DNA from: Octopus sinensis
Taxonomy: Eukaryota
Direction: 5' to 3'
Length of the DNA stretch: 64,000 nt
Assembly (NCBI RefSeq): GCF_006345805.1
Contig: NC_043005.1
Coordinates: forward strand, 9,486,001 to 9,550,000
In this document: positions 10,741 through 26,704 of the stretch, one piece after another
Position numbering within the stretch: the stretch's first letter is position 1
How the letters are laid out: each line of letters opens with the position of its first letter
Made by a program: the position numbers and the translations under genes
The notes under the pieces: generated by a model
The model's database searches: none
The model's input: only the letters and a program-made list of their open reading frames with translations
Told to the model about the DNA's origin: nothing

Positions 10741-11867
10741 ATATTCTGGACAATTTAGTGCACTATATACTATATTCCGGCAATCTATTCGTGTGAATCC
10801 AATTCATTACACCTTTCGTTTTACAACCTTTAGCATTACCCATAGCCAAACATTTTCAAACACACGGGTAAAAATCATTTGCTTCCGACAGATATTCTAT
10901 GAACATAAAACTATGAGAAATCCTTATCAAAAATATTCAGTCTCTCTACTGCTTCTCATTTGTTATTTAACTTCTAGAATGGATTCAATAAAAAGCATAA
11001 AACAGAAAGTTTTTAACCTGTCGTATAATTGTTCTGATATTTAATTTTAATTTCAATGCAATCACTTAGATTATTTTGTTTCTTTCCAAAAGTGTTCTAG
11101 CAAGAAATACGAGAATTACTTCGCATAAAGAATCCATTAGTACACTTAACATGCTCACTTGCTCCATATGATCAATAAATATCAGAATACATGGTTGACT
11201 ATAGTGCAGATTGATCGATCAATGCGTTTAAATGAATTGTGTTTCTTTTGCTAAGACATACGTCTACAGTCATTGTAATATTTAATGTTCGCACTCAACT
11301 GTCTGCGTTGATAAGTTTTTATTTTGTAGTTTTTTAAACCGTACGTGTAATGCATATGTTAGTCAGACTTTTCAGTCGGTTTCAGTGCGGTTTTTAGTTG
11401 TTATCGTTTGTAAAAGCATAAAAAAACTCACCTCTAATACTCTCCAACTTACAAACATATTTTCGTCAAAATATCTAATTTCAATACATGTTGCATGTAA
11501 ATACTTAGCGGATGAGGTACCATTCGTAACATACACCTAAAAGTTATTCTGGTTTACAAGTCCTGAAATTTTCTTTAAATTTAGGTAGAATTGTGAGAGC
11601 AATAATGCTTCACAGTATTTGTTCCAACTCTTTGAGTTCTGAGTTCAAATCTTGCTGAAGTCAACCTGATGGTTCATCCATTCTGGCGGCCTTTAAAGAA
11701 GAAAGATCCTTTCTGTGGAATAGTGATATCATAAGCACGTTAGACCGGACACTTTGTGATATTTTTACTAGCGTTTTACATTCTGAATTCAAATCCTACT
11801 TTAGCCTACATGGATGGTACACTCAACACGTTGCCCGTTTTCATACCACCACATAACCCGTTGGGTT

Positions 11868-12169
11868 TTTTGGTCCTTCTCGAGCCACATCTGGCTCATT
11901 AGGGCCGGTTTCCCAGTTTCCTTGGCGTATAGGTTCTCCACCTGGACGGAACTCCGGTCCGTCGTAGGTAAGCTGCAAGAGGCTGGAGGAAAGAGTGAGA
12001 GAAAGTTGTGGCGAAAGAGTAAGCAGAAGATTGCCATTACCTTCTGCCGGAGCCGCGTGGAGCTTAGGTATTTCGCTCATAAACACACACATCGCCCGGT
12101 CTGAGATTCGAGCCCGCGGTACCTCGACCGCGAATCTGCTGCTCTAACCACTAGGCCATGTGTATCCAC
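11868..12169 (-). mobile_element. SINE, group B
   Basis: Head and 5' body like group A, different 3' half (GACGGA..GG..TCCGTCCAGGTGG..GGAAACTGGGAAACCGGCCCTAATGAGCC). Second copy at 53289. Confidence 0.85.
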
Positions 12170-12845
12170 ATAACACGTTGGGTGTTTTAACAGAGCCCAT
12201 CGCATCACAAGCATTTGAGCTAGGATTTTCTGGTTTCAAAACACTTTTTTCCTTCTTTTCCACAAGTCATAAGCGTTCCCTTCTCTCCTGAACCAAAGTT
12301 TAACAAAATACTAAACCTCTCTTCTAAAACTGAGTGTGGCTGCTGTCATCTAATCAGGGAAAAGCTGAACATTAAGAATTCTTAGTAATTATAGGAATTT
12401 TGTTTTTATCATATTGGTTACAAATTAATCGTTAAGCCACTCTGATATGGCATTACAAATGAAGTTAACGTTAACATATTCTATGCAGAGCCATAAAAAG
12501 ACAAACTATGGCAAATCATGCGGTGTGGGGAAAAATCATTTGCAATCAGCCATTAACTAAAATCGTTTTGATTCAGAGATATGGAAGGCAATTCATCACA
12601 GATGGTTATTATTATAATCTCCTCTTTACGATTCTAGACAAATTCTTGATGACAGAATCATTAAGTAAATGTAGAATAATTAACACTTATATATGAGAAG
12701 AAATAAAGATTGTTCAAAGAAACAAATTAATATTAGACACTTTCAGTAAAGAAAGATAATTAAGTTAGCGTTAAAATATAATATTGGAAACAGTAGTATG
12801 CTAATTATTTTTGTCGTCTCATTTGAGCTATCCGTGAGGTCAATA

Positions 12846-13261
12846 GGATCTTTTCGGTTTAAACGGCAGTTTTTCTAGCGGTGTCATATGAAATTGACAC
12901 CCATAATTATGACAATAGTATCGATCTATTGCATTTTAATTTATTTTAGGGTTAGGGTTAGTTAGGGTTAGGAGGAAGGGTATCTTTTTTTCTTCACAAA
13001 TGTAAATAAACCCAGTCTGTTTCTTAAACGAGGGACATATTCATACGTACAGAATGTTTTCACCTCAATAGACGTCAGTGATTGGTTGAAATTGCAGAAA
13101 TTGAAGAAAAAAACAACAAATATCTTACGAACTATAGAATTTTCTCAATAAAGCCAAGAGAAAAAGATGTTTTATAAACACAATCTACCAGTATACAACG
13201 TTTAAAAGTGTTTAGTTACGTGGAAATTATTTTAGAAACTGCCGTTCAAACCGAAAGATTC
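12846..13261 (+). mobile_element. GG-ended MITE, copy M4, with 8-bp TSD
   Basis: GGTCAATA|GGATC...GATTC|GGTCAATA (12838-12845 and 13262-13269). Confidence 0.9.
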
Positions 13262-13814
13262 GGTCAATAGAACCGTTAAAGAATAATACTAATTAGATGT
13301 ACAGACAATCTTCTTTACCAAAAGAATATATTTGGTCAGCAATAATATTTCGATTCTAAAAAATACGCATCTTTGCTAGGTGGTAATATTTCGACCCTGA
13401 ACGAAGCAAAGCAAAGTTAGTCATTACCGTTCATTCAGAATTCAAATTGAAGAAATTATATACTATCAGGTCGTATATTCTTTGTTTCCATAAAAAACAG
13501 AAATAACTGCCAGGCTTTGGGAATAATATACGACATTTATTTGGCGTTTGTCGGTGGAAATGATGCCATAAAAACAAAACATAAAATATTTTCAAAACTT
13601 GATACCGTGCAGAAGATAAGATTGACAATAACTGCTAACAAATATTTTCACCCTAACAGACAAAAAACATTATGTCTTGTGTTGGACTCTAATGTGTTCG
13701 AATCAGAGACGTATAGTAGTATATGTGATTATATCCTCAAATATCTATTAATATTTCTTATATACTTGCACGATTCAAATAACTAGAAAAATAACTAAAT
13801 ATACAAAGTAATCT

Positions 13815-14238
13815 GGATCTTTTCGGTTTGAACGGCAGTTTTTAACATACTTTCTAGGTAACTAAAAAAATGTTAAACTTCGTATACTGGTAGAATGAGT
13901 TTATAAAACATCTTTTTCTCTTGGCTTTATTGAGAAAATTCTATAGTTTGTAAGATATTTGTTTGTTTTTTTTTTCAATTTCTGCAATTTCAACAAATCG
14001 ATGAGGTCCATTGAGTTAAAAAACATTCTGTGCCGTATGAATATGTCCCTCGTTTAAGAAACAGATTGGGTTTATTTACATTTGTGGAGAAAAAAAGATA
14101 CCCTTCCCCCCACTCCTAACCCTAACCCTAACCCTAAAACAGATAGAAATGCAATAGATCGATACTAGGGTCATAATTATGGGTGACAATTTCATATGAC
14201 ACCGCTAGAAAAAACTGCCGTTCAAACCGAAAAGATCC
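13815..14238 (-). mobile_element. GG-ended MITE, copy M5 (inverted)
   Basis: Perfect TIRs, reverse orientation, internal (CCCTAA)3. Flanked by a 65-bp direct duplication (13750-13814 and 14239-14303). Confidence 0.9.
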
Positions 14239-14807
14239 GATATTTCTTATATACTTGTACGATTTAAATAACTAGAAAAATAACTAAATATACAAAGTAA
14301 TCTTTCTCCCTATTATAGTATCAATTTCTTTGTATTATAACAGCGTTATATACACCATTTAGAAATTTGGCTAATCATAAATGGTAAATTATTTATTCCG
14401 TTTTGCTTTATAGTCGGGCGTAGCTTCTTAAACTGATGTAAATATAACAACGTTTCTTTGTTTTAAATGGAATAATAGTATTTAGCCACGAGATCAATCA
14501 AAGCAAATTACAAAAACAATTACGCTACTCTCATTCTCATACATAGAATCTTTGTATTGAAACATAAAAATAGTTCCACTAATCTACTACTATGTATATT
14601 TAGTTAATTTTCTAGTTATTTTTAAATAATCTTTAAAATAAATATAATCTGTTACGCTTTGGATTTGGTCGCAGATCTGGGCTTACCTAAAAAATCTTAA
14701 ATAAGATTCACACTTGCATCATGGAATGTCTCCCTACATATTTGAAATAAAAAGAGATTTTTCTGATATGTCTCTCATGGATATCGATATCTATCTATCT
14801 ATCTATC

Positions 14808-15205
<398 letters not shown>

Positions 15206-15232
15206 CATATGTATATACATATATATATATAT

Positions 15233-15460
15233 GTCTTTACTACCCACAAGGGGCTAAACACAGAGGAGACAAACAAGGACAGACAAAGGGATTAAGTCGA
15301 TTACATCGACCCCAGTACGTAACTGGTACTTTATTTATCGACCCCGAAAGGATGAAAGGCAAAGTCGACCTCGGCGGAATTTGAACTCACAACGTAACGC
15401 AGACGAAATACCGCTAAGCATTTCGCCCGGCGTGCTAACGTTTCTGCCAGGTCGCCGCCT
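15233..15460 (-). mobile_element. SINE, group C
   Basis: Full match to the 8335-8567 copy, inserted in (AT)n. Confidence 0.9.
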
Positions 15461-16559
15461 AAATATATATATATATATATATATATGTATACATACACAC
15501 ACATATATACATGTTCTTTTAGCCTAAGACAGATCAGTTAATATTCTTAGCTTTCCACCTAATATGAATTCATTCCCTTATTAGGCCATTAATAAAAAAA
15601 ATGTTGTTAGCATACCTATGAACCTGTATTAAATATGTTAAGCGCTGTTCCTCTACCCAATAGAGATTATAGAAATATTGAAATATATTAATAATATTGA
15701 AAACAAAATGGCTGCTATATTAAAAGCAGCCTATATATAAACCTTAGTAGCAACTCTAGAAATCTGTCGTTTTTTTTTTTTTAGTTATTTTAGTCGTGTT
15801 CATAGTATTGATGTAGATGATATTTTGGTGTTAAGCTCTACTGACAAGGACAGTAATGTTGCTGCTTATCAGGGTGAGTGAAATAGCGACAAAAAATAAA
15901 TAGACGAAGAAAGAGAAAACGATACCGCGAACAGCGAATCAATGTATAAGAATCATTACACATACGCAAGCATCGCCTGAAACCATAAATCATCAGATCT
16001 AGAGTGGAAACCGATATAAAACTTCTGAAAATAATCCTAATTCATATTCAACACATAGGAAGACTGTCAGTTGTATTACTGGCAACACATTTTAATCCAA
16101 AGTTTGCTAAATAGACTGCGTACGTCTCAAATAAATGCCAACGTCGGCAGTAAATTTACTAAGATTACTGAACAAAAATTTCTCAGAAATGTATCAGCTT
16201 TTAACTGTCATGTATGAAAAGCTTGACGTAACAAACTGATGGAATTTTAGTATTTTGAAGGTGGGAAGTTATACAAAGTCAAAAAAACTCTAGAGAATTC
16301 GAGCTATTATTTAGAATAACCCATTAACATAAATCGAGTAGGAGAAAACATGCTGTTTGAAATCAATAGTTGTGAGTGAGATCGAATGTGTCATACAAAA
16401 GAAATATGCGACGAAATACAAGTGCAGCTAATAACGTCAACATGAAAGTGAAACTAGCGTACACTAATATAATGGCCAACACCTAAAGCGTTCCAGTTTG
16501 TCACATGCTTTACATATACACAGACCAACACACAAATGCGCACACATATATGAGCGCAT

Positions 16560-19160
<2,601 letters not shown>

Positions 19161-19549
19161 TGTACCGCTAAGCACATGACGCTTTGACATGTAGTCTGAT
19201 CTTTTAGCATGAAAAATGATACCGAAGTAAGCACACTTAGAAATGAAATGTTCTTTTATTTTTTTGATTAATTGTAAGCAGACAAGTGTAACCTTGCCTC
19301 CTGCCAAAAGCACAGCCTTGTTCTTTCAATATGGCTGATTTTTTGCTAGGATTTGTTGAAGACCGCACCCAGTTTTGGCTTTTAATGGAATTGGATTTTT
19401 CGGAAGGATATAGCTGCTTTTGAAAGGAGAAGTAATAATTTTGACTGGATTAAGATTGTTCGTCGTCTGAAGCATTACTATGTTGGCTAATTCAAAATTG
19501 TTCCAGTTGTTATAGAAAAGTTGTCACAAATTTAAGACACAAATATAAT

Positions 19550-19971
19550 AGGCATAGGAGTGGCTGTGTGGTAAGCAGGTTGCCTACGAACCAGATGGTT
19601 CTGGGTTCAGTCCGACTGCGTGGCACCTTGGGCAAGTGTCTTGTACTATAGCCTCGGGCCGACCAAACCCATGTGAGTGGATACGGTAGACAGAAACTGA
19701 AAGAGGCCTGTCGTATATATATATATATAGGATCAACAAGTGAGACCACGTGAGCGCGTGATATATATAGGGAAAGACACCATGATAGATCGTTAGCCAC
19801 TACACACATTTTTTTCTCTCCTTGTTTTTCTGTGCACCTATCTGTAGAAGAGCGTAGGCTCGAAACGTAAAATACTTTTTCTATTCCTGAGTGCTATACT
19901 AATACATCTGTTTGTTCTGTACACCATCTGTCTTTGTCTTTTGTTTTTTTTTTCATGAATTCTCCCTATAT

Positions 19972-20028
<57 letters not shown>

Positions 20029-20255
20029 ACATATATATATATGTATGTATTTATGTATGTATGTATGTATGTATTTGTGTGTGTATATCTTTGTGTGTCT
20101 GTGTTTGCGACCCCGTACCTTAGCGGTTCGGCAAAGGAAACCGATAGAACAAGTACTAGGCTTACCAAGAATAAGTCCTGGGGGCGATTTGCTCGACTAA
20201 AAGGCTGTGCTCCAGCGGGGCCACGGTCAAATGACTGAAACAAATAAAAGAGAAA
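19550..20255 (+). mobile_element. SINE, group D, interrupted in its internal microsatellite
   Basis: Head at 19550-19713 (GGCATAGGAGTGGCTGTGTGGTAAG; CORE-like ACCTTGGGCAAGTG), 3' half at 20075-20255. Confidence 0.85.
19730..19966 (+). mobile_element. PLE-associated terminal fragment (family F) nested in SINE D
   Basis: Motif GAAGAGCGTAGGCTCGAAACGT...CTAATACA..TACACC..TGTCTT ending in (TA)n. The same motif occurs at ~36978 downstream of a GIY-YIG C-terminus and at ~51675. Confidence 0.6.
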
Positions 20256-20664
20256 CAAGAGAGCTCATCGTCATTCTGTTTTGATCCGTGTCTGTCCAGT
20301 TGTCCGGTCCACAACAAAATTATTGGTTGATTTAGCATGCTTTGGTGATGAATATTGCATTGATAGGTATGCGAATAATTTCGTCTCTACGACAGAGAAT
20401 TTAGCTCGAAATATTAAGGCAATTGTCATCTTTCATCATACAATTTTATACATGAATTTTGTTTAACTTTTGACACGTATAAGACGTCGTGAATAATTAT
20501 TGGAATTTGCATGGTTTAGTATGTGTTGCGACATAGTTGGGTTTTAACCGTTATTTGCTCATGACTATTTGATAGGTATTTATAGAAAGGTACAGCGGTG
20601 TTGATTACATAGTTATTGTGGAAATGCGGTAGTACAGCAGTTATTGTGGATATGCGGTAATAAA

Positions 20665-20896
20665 AGACGGCGAGCTAGCAGAAACGTTAGAATGCCGGGC
20701 GAAATGCGCAGCGGTATTTCGTCTGCCGTTACGTTCTGAGTTCAAATTCCGCCGGGGTCGACTTTGCCTTTCATCCGTTATGGTTCGATTAAATAAGTAC
20801 CAGTTACGTACTGGGGTCGATGTAATCGACTTAATCAGTTTGTCTGTCCTTGTTTGTCCTCTCTGTGTTTGGCCCCTTGTGGGTAGTAAAGAAATA
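20665..20896 (+). mobile_element. SINE, group C
   Basis: Full-length short form with apparent TSD GGTAATA. Confidence 0.9.
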
Positions 20897-21118
20897 GGTA
20901 ATAGAGCAGGCTGTGATACGTCAGTTTGAAAGGAGTTTTTCATTTCAAGATCTGAGATACGAACGGAGCACCTGAGTGAAGAACATTAGTTAAATTTTCT
21001 TAACTCAAATCTTGCATGCTTCTATATCATACAAAGGACTATAGCATAACGTCGTATGAACGTTTGGAAATTAAATGATCACTGATGAATCACAGCATAT
21101 CTATTGTGCTAGTTCACC

Positions 21119-21370
21119 TCTTTTCTCTTTTTCTCTTTTACTTGTTTCAGTCATTTGACTGCGGCCATGCTGGAGCACCGACTTTAGTCATATATATACA
21201 TATATACGACGGGCTTCTTTCAGTTTCCGTCTACCAAATCCACTCACAAGGCTTTGGTCGGCCCGAGGCTATAGCAGAAGACACTTGCCCAAGATACCAC
21301 GCAGTGGGACTGAACCCGGAACCATGTGGTTGGTTAGCAAGCTACTTACCACACAGCCACTCCTGCGCCT
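21119..21370 (-). mobile_element. SINE, group D with internal deletion
   Basis: Head and extreme 3' end are present. About 150 bp of the body is missing at the microsatellite boundary (~21189). Confidence 0.85.
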
Positions 21371-21547
21371 GATAGTTTTTAAACGAAAGAAGCCCCAGAC
21401 TGAGATCGATGGAGTTGTGTTCGAGAATATCCACCAAGCCCCGAATATGTTGTTCGTGATGGTAACATTTGGTGAGTTATCAGTTTCTGAACTTGCATTT
21501 CTCCAAAATCTCATCATGAAAATTCGTATATTCATAGTTTGAGTTCG

Positions 21548-21930
21548 GTGGAGGCGCAATGGCCCAGTGGTTAGGGCAGCGGACTCGCGGTCGTAGTATA
21601 TCTGTTTCGATTCCCACACCGGGCATTGTGAGTGTTTATTGAGCGAAAACACCTAAAGCTTCACAAGGCTCCTGCAGGGGGTGGTGGTGAACCCTGCTGT
21701 ACTCTTTCACCACAACTTTCTCTCACTCTTTCTTCCTGTTTCTGTTGTACCTGTATTTCAAAGGGCCAGCCTTGTCACTCTCTGTGTCACGCTGAATCTC
21801 CTCGAGAACTACGTTAAGGGTACACGTGTCTGTGGAATGCTCAGCCACTTGCACGTTAATTCCACGAGCAAGCTGTTCCGTTGATCGTATCAGCTGGGAC
21901 CCTCATCGTCGTAACCGACGGAGTGCTCCA
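21548..21930 (+). mobile_element. SINE, group A, with 14-bp TSD
   Basis: TSD atagtttgagttcg (21534-21547) / atagtttgagatcg (21931-21944). Confidence 0.92.
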
Positions 21931-22627
21931 ATAGTTTGAGATCGATATTCATAAGAGAAATCAAATACTTCATTGAGGAATGGAACTAGTAAACGAATTC
22001 GTGCAAGCACCATGATGATCTGTCATCTCCTTCGGTGGGAGTTATCACAAACGATTTACATCTAGATGGTCATATACAACTTGTAGTAGAAGGATTTTAA
22101 GTGAAGGAGGACAAGTTTCATCCTGAAAGAATTAAATTTAGGGCAAAACGAATATTAATTATTGTTAATACAGTATTATCTGCTAAAATGCTATTGAGCG
22201 AGGCGTTCCGGTTGGCATATTGCAGTTAAAACTATTTTGCAATTCCCATTATATATATTCACTCTTTGAAAACTGTCTAACGCCCTACATTCATGTAGAA
22301 GGCATGTTATCTTCCATGCCATGCACTGCTTGAGAGTAAATTTCTTGTTTCCGTGAAATTTAACCTGTGTTTTCTACATATACAGCGGTAGTGATGATTT
22401 TAGGTCTGTAGTATTTAATGTATGTACCTTATGAAAGTGCACATGAAGGAGAATAACCTTAACTATCAAAATTAAATTAGTGGTAAAGTCTATTTGCAAT
22501 CAAATGGCGTCCGTACAAATTTTGGTGATGCCCCAACTAACTATAGACTTAAAAGAAGTACTTGTGTACTCCGATTTCAAATACATGGACACACATCTCC
22601 GTAGGTAATATAACCATCGAATTTTAT

Positions 22628-22800
22628 GTTCACATGTATGTATGTATGTGTGTATGCATGCATGCATGTATGTATGTATGCATGTATGTATGTATGTATG
22701 TATGTATGCATGTATGTACGTATGTATGTATGTATGCATGTATGTATGTATGTATGTATGTATGTATGTATGTATGTATGTATGTATGTATGTATGTATG
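22628..22800. repeat. (TATG)n/(CATG) microsatellite
   Basis: Directly visible tandem tetranucleotide repeat. Confidence 0.95.
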
Positions 22801-23658
22801 AGTGTGTGCGTGTGTGTGTAAACAGATTTTATCGAAGCGTGAATTTGTAACTGTGTTAGTAGTTGTCCATGGGGTCGTAGGTAGATTTCTCCGTTCAAAT
22901 TATGATTGAATATATATACCATCAATAAATTCAACTGGGAATGAACAGAAGAGGGAGCGGTTTGATCATCCCAAACGTGAAGTGGTGTGGGATTTCAAAC
23001 AGTCATACAAAATGAATTCTCCATATTAAATATAATTTATTTCGAGTGTGACGTCTGGGCTAACTTAATCTATTGTAAATATTTTAATCCAGTGATATAC
23101 ATGATAAAGTTAAACATGTAAAGATATATAAGAAAACTCGTTCTCAAAGCGAGCTTCATAAAATAAATACATCCAGAAGCAACCAAAGAATATATGCATT
23201 ATCCTTTGTCGAAACAATTTTCAGCAACACTTAATAATTCTATATCACTAGCATACACCCTCGTAAAATTACCGTTGTTGGAAGACCAATAAAATAAACA
23301 CTCTTTATATGCGCCTTCCTTTGACTTCAGCCTAAAAACAAGAGATTCAACATGTATTTCTCTTTCTAATCGATAAACATTTGCGTAAAAATCACGAATT
23401 CTCTCAGTTGTTTACCAGAACATACATAAACGTCAAATTCTGTTACTTGGGAAACATTTCAAAAATAATAATCATAACTACATGAACATAATGCTAAACG
23501 TTTACGATATTCTCTTCTCTCAGTATGCAGCAGTAACAAAAAATAGGAATCTGCTCCTAAAGAGATGATATTTTCATAGAGATATGATTGTCTATGAAAC
23601 GCGCCAGCTACATGTGGCTGACAAACATCCATTTAAAACTCGACTATATTGAAATAAC

Positions 23659-23912
23659 CGGCGACGCGTTGTGTCCTTGAGCAACACACTTTATTTCACG
23701 TTGCTCCAGTCCACTCAGCTGGCAAAAATGAGTTGTACTTGTATCTGAAAGGGTCAGCCTTGTCACTCTCTGTGTCACGCTGATTATACCCGAGAACTAC
23801 GTTAAGGGTACACGTGTCTGTGGAATGCTCAGCCATTTGCACGTTAATTTCACGAGCAAGCTGTTCCGTTGATCGTATCAGCTGGGACCCTCGTCGTCGT
23901 AACCGGCGGAGT
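23659..23912 (+). mobile_element. 5'-truncated SINE with a group A 3' half but a different body
   Basis: TTGTGTCCTTGAGCAACACACTTTATTTCACGTTGCTCCAGTCCACTCAGCTGG joined to the group A tail (GCCTTGTCACTCTCTGTG...GTAACCGGCGGAGT). Confidence 0.8.
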
Positions 23913-24569
23913 CTTTTTAAGATATTGAAATAAAAACACGCATGTCAACGTTAAAATGCCTCTCTGCGTTTCCTCGTCTTGTTAGAAATAGAAACCAAAT
24001 AGAAACCAAACATACTTAACTCTCATTATATCTTCGAATAGTGATACATTAGAGAATTTCGATCTAGCTTTACCTTCACAGCTCTATACCTACTGCTAGG
24101 TCTATTTTCAATAGATCTGTTAAAACCAAGTTGGTTTGGTATGAACAAAAATATCCTTTATATACGTGACAGTTTTCATAAGATAAATAAACTTATAAAC
24201 ACTCATCTTTTCTCCATCATCTTCGTACATGTTTGAAAGCAATTTGGAATTAAAGATTTTGCCGCTCTTCACCAAATCTATTATTGAATTGATTGGTTGA
24301 ATTACAACTGAAACTTCTCTTGATAATTGGTTAGCACTGACCTCGTCCGAGAAGTTTCACTTTGTATAGTTTCTAGGCAACTTATTTCATAGCTTCTTAT
24401 ATATCCTATAAAAATATACGCTACGCGTGATTGTATCTACTTATGTATGTATGTATGTATGTATGTATGTATGTATGTATGTATGTATGTATGTATGTAT
24501 GTATTTATGTATGTATGTATGTATTATGTATGTATGTATGTATGTATGTATGTATTTATTTATTTATTT

Positions 24570-25100
24570 ATGTCAGGTCACTCTCGAGTGCTATTGGTAA
24601 CATGTAACCCAGTACAACCTATTGCATGGTCGGGTCGTCGGCAACTAAGCCGACAACCCCACCAAGCTTGCTTGGTGAGGAGGGTGATTATTGGACACCC
24701 TGTGGCCTGAAAAACAAAACCCGTCAAAGGGCGGAGGAACTCTTGAGAGTCAACGGCCATCCAATAAGGCTCTATCATGCGCGGGGACATAGAAATAATC
24801 GGACTGAATACCCGATCGCGCGGTTAAACTATTGGGAGTGAAGGACTCGTAGCCTTTGTTAGGGCATCCTTCTAGGAGAAGGTAACTCAGGTAACTGGGA
24901 TAACTCCGACATAAAATCTGCAGCTCAGTGGTTACCGATAATGGTGACTTGCTCTTCTTTTCAGATTATGGCTGCTGTTGCTTAGTGAGTTAGATTGACT
25001 CAGTGTACAGCCTTTCCTCACTTTAAAAAATCTTCTTGCACAGGCATTGCACGATAACAACATTGATTAAGCTTCATGCAATGGCCATAGTCGATAAGGA
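24570..25100 (+). mobile_element. Interspersed repeat, probably a non-coding 5' region of an RTE-like LINE
   Basis: Homology to 8730-8910. The class call rests only on recalled resemblance (CTAGGAGAAGG..AACTC motif); there is no ORF. Confidence 0.4.
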
Positions 25101-26333
25101 GGGGGCAGCCACCGTATTTTTGTATGTATGTACGTACTTAAGGATTGGGTAAAATTCTAGTAGGAGGCGTATGAAATACTGGACTTAAATTAGGAAAGCA
25201 ATTTTCTTGTCGTCCAACAATGACGGTCACAAGTAAAAGAAAGTGTAGATACTTTCGAAACAACGCGCACTTTTCATGCAGAATTTAAACGGGTTGCAAT
25301 GAAGGAGGAAGCTTGGTTGCAATATCTGCGCACATGTATGTTTGTCCAGAGCTTGACTCCTCAGTCACCAGCGAAGGCACAAGTGAAAGTATAAATTTGT
25401 GTGAGTACACAATGCTTCTTATGGGCGGTGATGGACTTCTTCAGTCACGTATGCACAACCGTCATGTATTTATGTATATGAAGTCTATTTGAATTTTTTC
25501 ATTGCAGTCTTCAAACTGGTCACTAACAGAGTAGTAAGTATGTTTTATCAAAGCTGGTGCGCTAGAGAAAATGCCTGGTGTCTTCATATATTTATGCATG
25601 CATGTGAGTGTAATTTTGTACTCTTATAGCAGATGTGCACCCCACTTTTGTATTCAAGTACATGTGCTTCATTTCTGTTAATATCCATGTAGAAGTATAT
25701 CCTTATGTATGCATGAATACGTATGCACATACTTATGAATGCAAATATGCATATACGTAGGTATGAGTCTACGACTGCATGTACTTAGTTATGTAGGAAC
25801 GTATATGTAATTATTTATACATATTGATAGCTGAGGGAATTTAAAAGTGTTCTTTAACACCACCTACTATTCATTTGTTTAGTGCATATCTCGCTAAAAC
25901 CGTATGGGGACCATTGAAATTTAATAATGCACTTCCATTTTACTCTCATATTAGTGAATTCTCCTATTTACAGTAACTTGTAGGATTTTCGTTTCTTTTA
26001 TGTTTGATATTTTCCATCGCAATACTATCTTTAATAAGATTATTTTCACACTTGCTGCTACGACCTGAAGAATATCCTTCACGAATAAGTTATATAGAAT
26101 ACAGTTTGACTAAAATGATTCCAGTTATGAATTTAAGTAAAATGCAGGATTTCTTTGAAAATGTATGTGGAATACCATTAACGTATCAAGCATAACCGGT
26201 TCTTTTCAAAATATTACTGTGCTTGATTCTAATACTTTTTACGCCTGATTCGAAAAAAAACCTACACTTTTCGATATGTTAAGAATTAGCTCATAGCAAC
26301 CGTTTAATTAAATCATTTTAAAGATACTTATAT

Positions 26334-26704
26334 CTTTTCTGCTCTAGGCACAAGGCCCTAAATTTTGGGGGAGAGGCCAACTGGCACTTAATATATCGAC
26401 CCCGAAAGGAGGAAAAGCAAAGTCGGCCTCAGCGGAATTTGAGCTCAGAACATAAAGACAGACGAAATACCTATTTTTTACTACCCACAAGGGGCTAAAC
26501 ACAGAGGGAACAAAGAAGGACAGACACACGGATTAACTCGATTACATCGACCCCAGTGCGTAACTGGTACTTATTTAATCGACCCCGAAAGGATGGAAGG
26601 CAAAGTCGACATCGGCGGAGTTGTGAACTCAGAACGTAGCGGCAGACGAATAACCGCTAAGCATTTCGCCCGGCGTGCTAACGTTTCTGCCAACTCGCCG
26701 CCTT
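26334..26704 (-). mobile_element. Dimeric SINE, group C (head, body, tail, second body, alternative tail)
   Basis: On the minus strand the tail GGGTAGTAAAAAATA runs into GGTATTTCGTCTG, then a second body, ending GGCCTTGTGCCTAGAGCAGAAAAG. Confidence 0.8.

Noticed and set aside
8778-10904. CRISPR-like or LTR-like repeat-spacer array
   Set aside because: The spacers are copies of one TIR element in eukaryotic DNA. The repeats lack TG...CA ends and a PBS/PPT.
8778-10904. 191- and 165-bp duplication lengths reflecting nucleosome spacing
   Set aside because: The 65- and 8-bp cases do not fit, and two values cannot support periodicity.
22935-23010. LIIPNVKWCG resembling group III phospholipase A2 (PGTKWCG)
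   Set aside because: Only a few residues match, a stop follows shortly and there is no downstream Cys/His-Asp motif.
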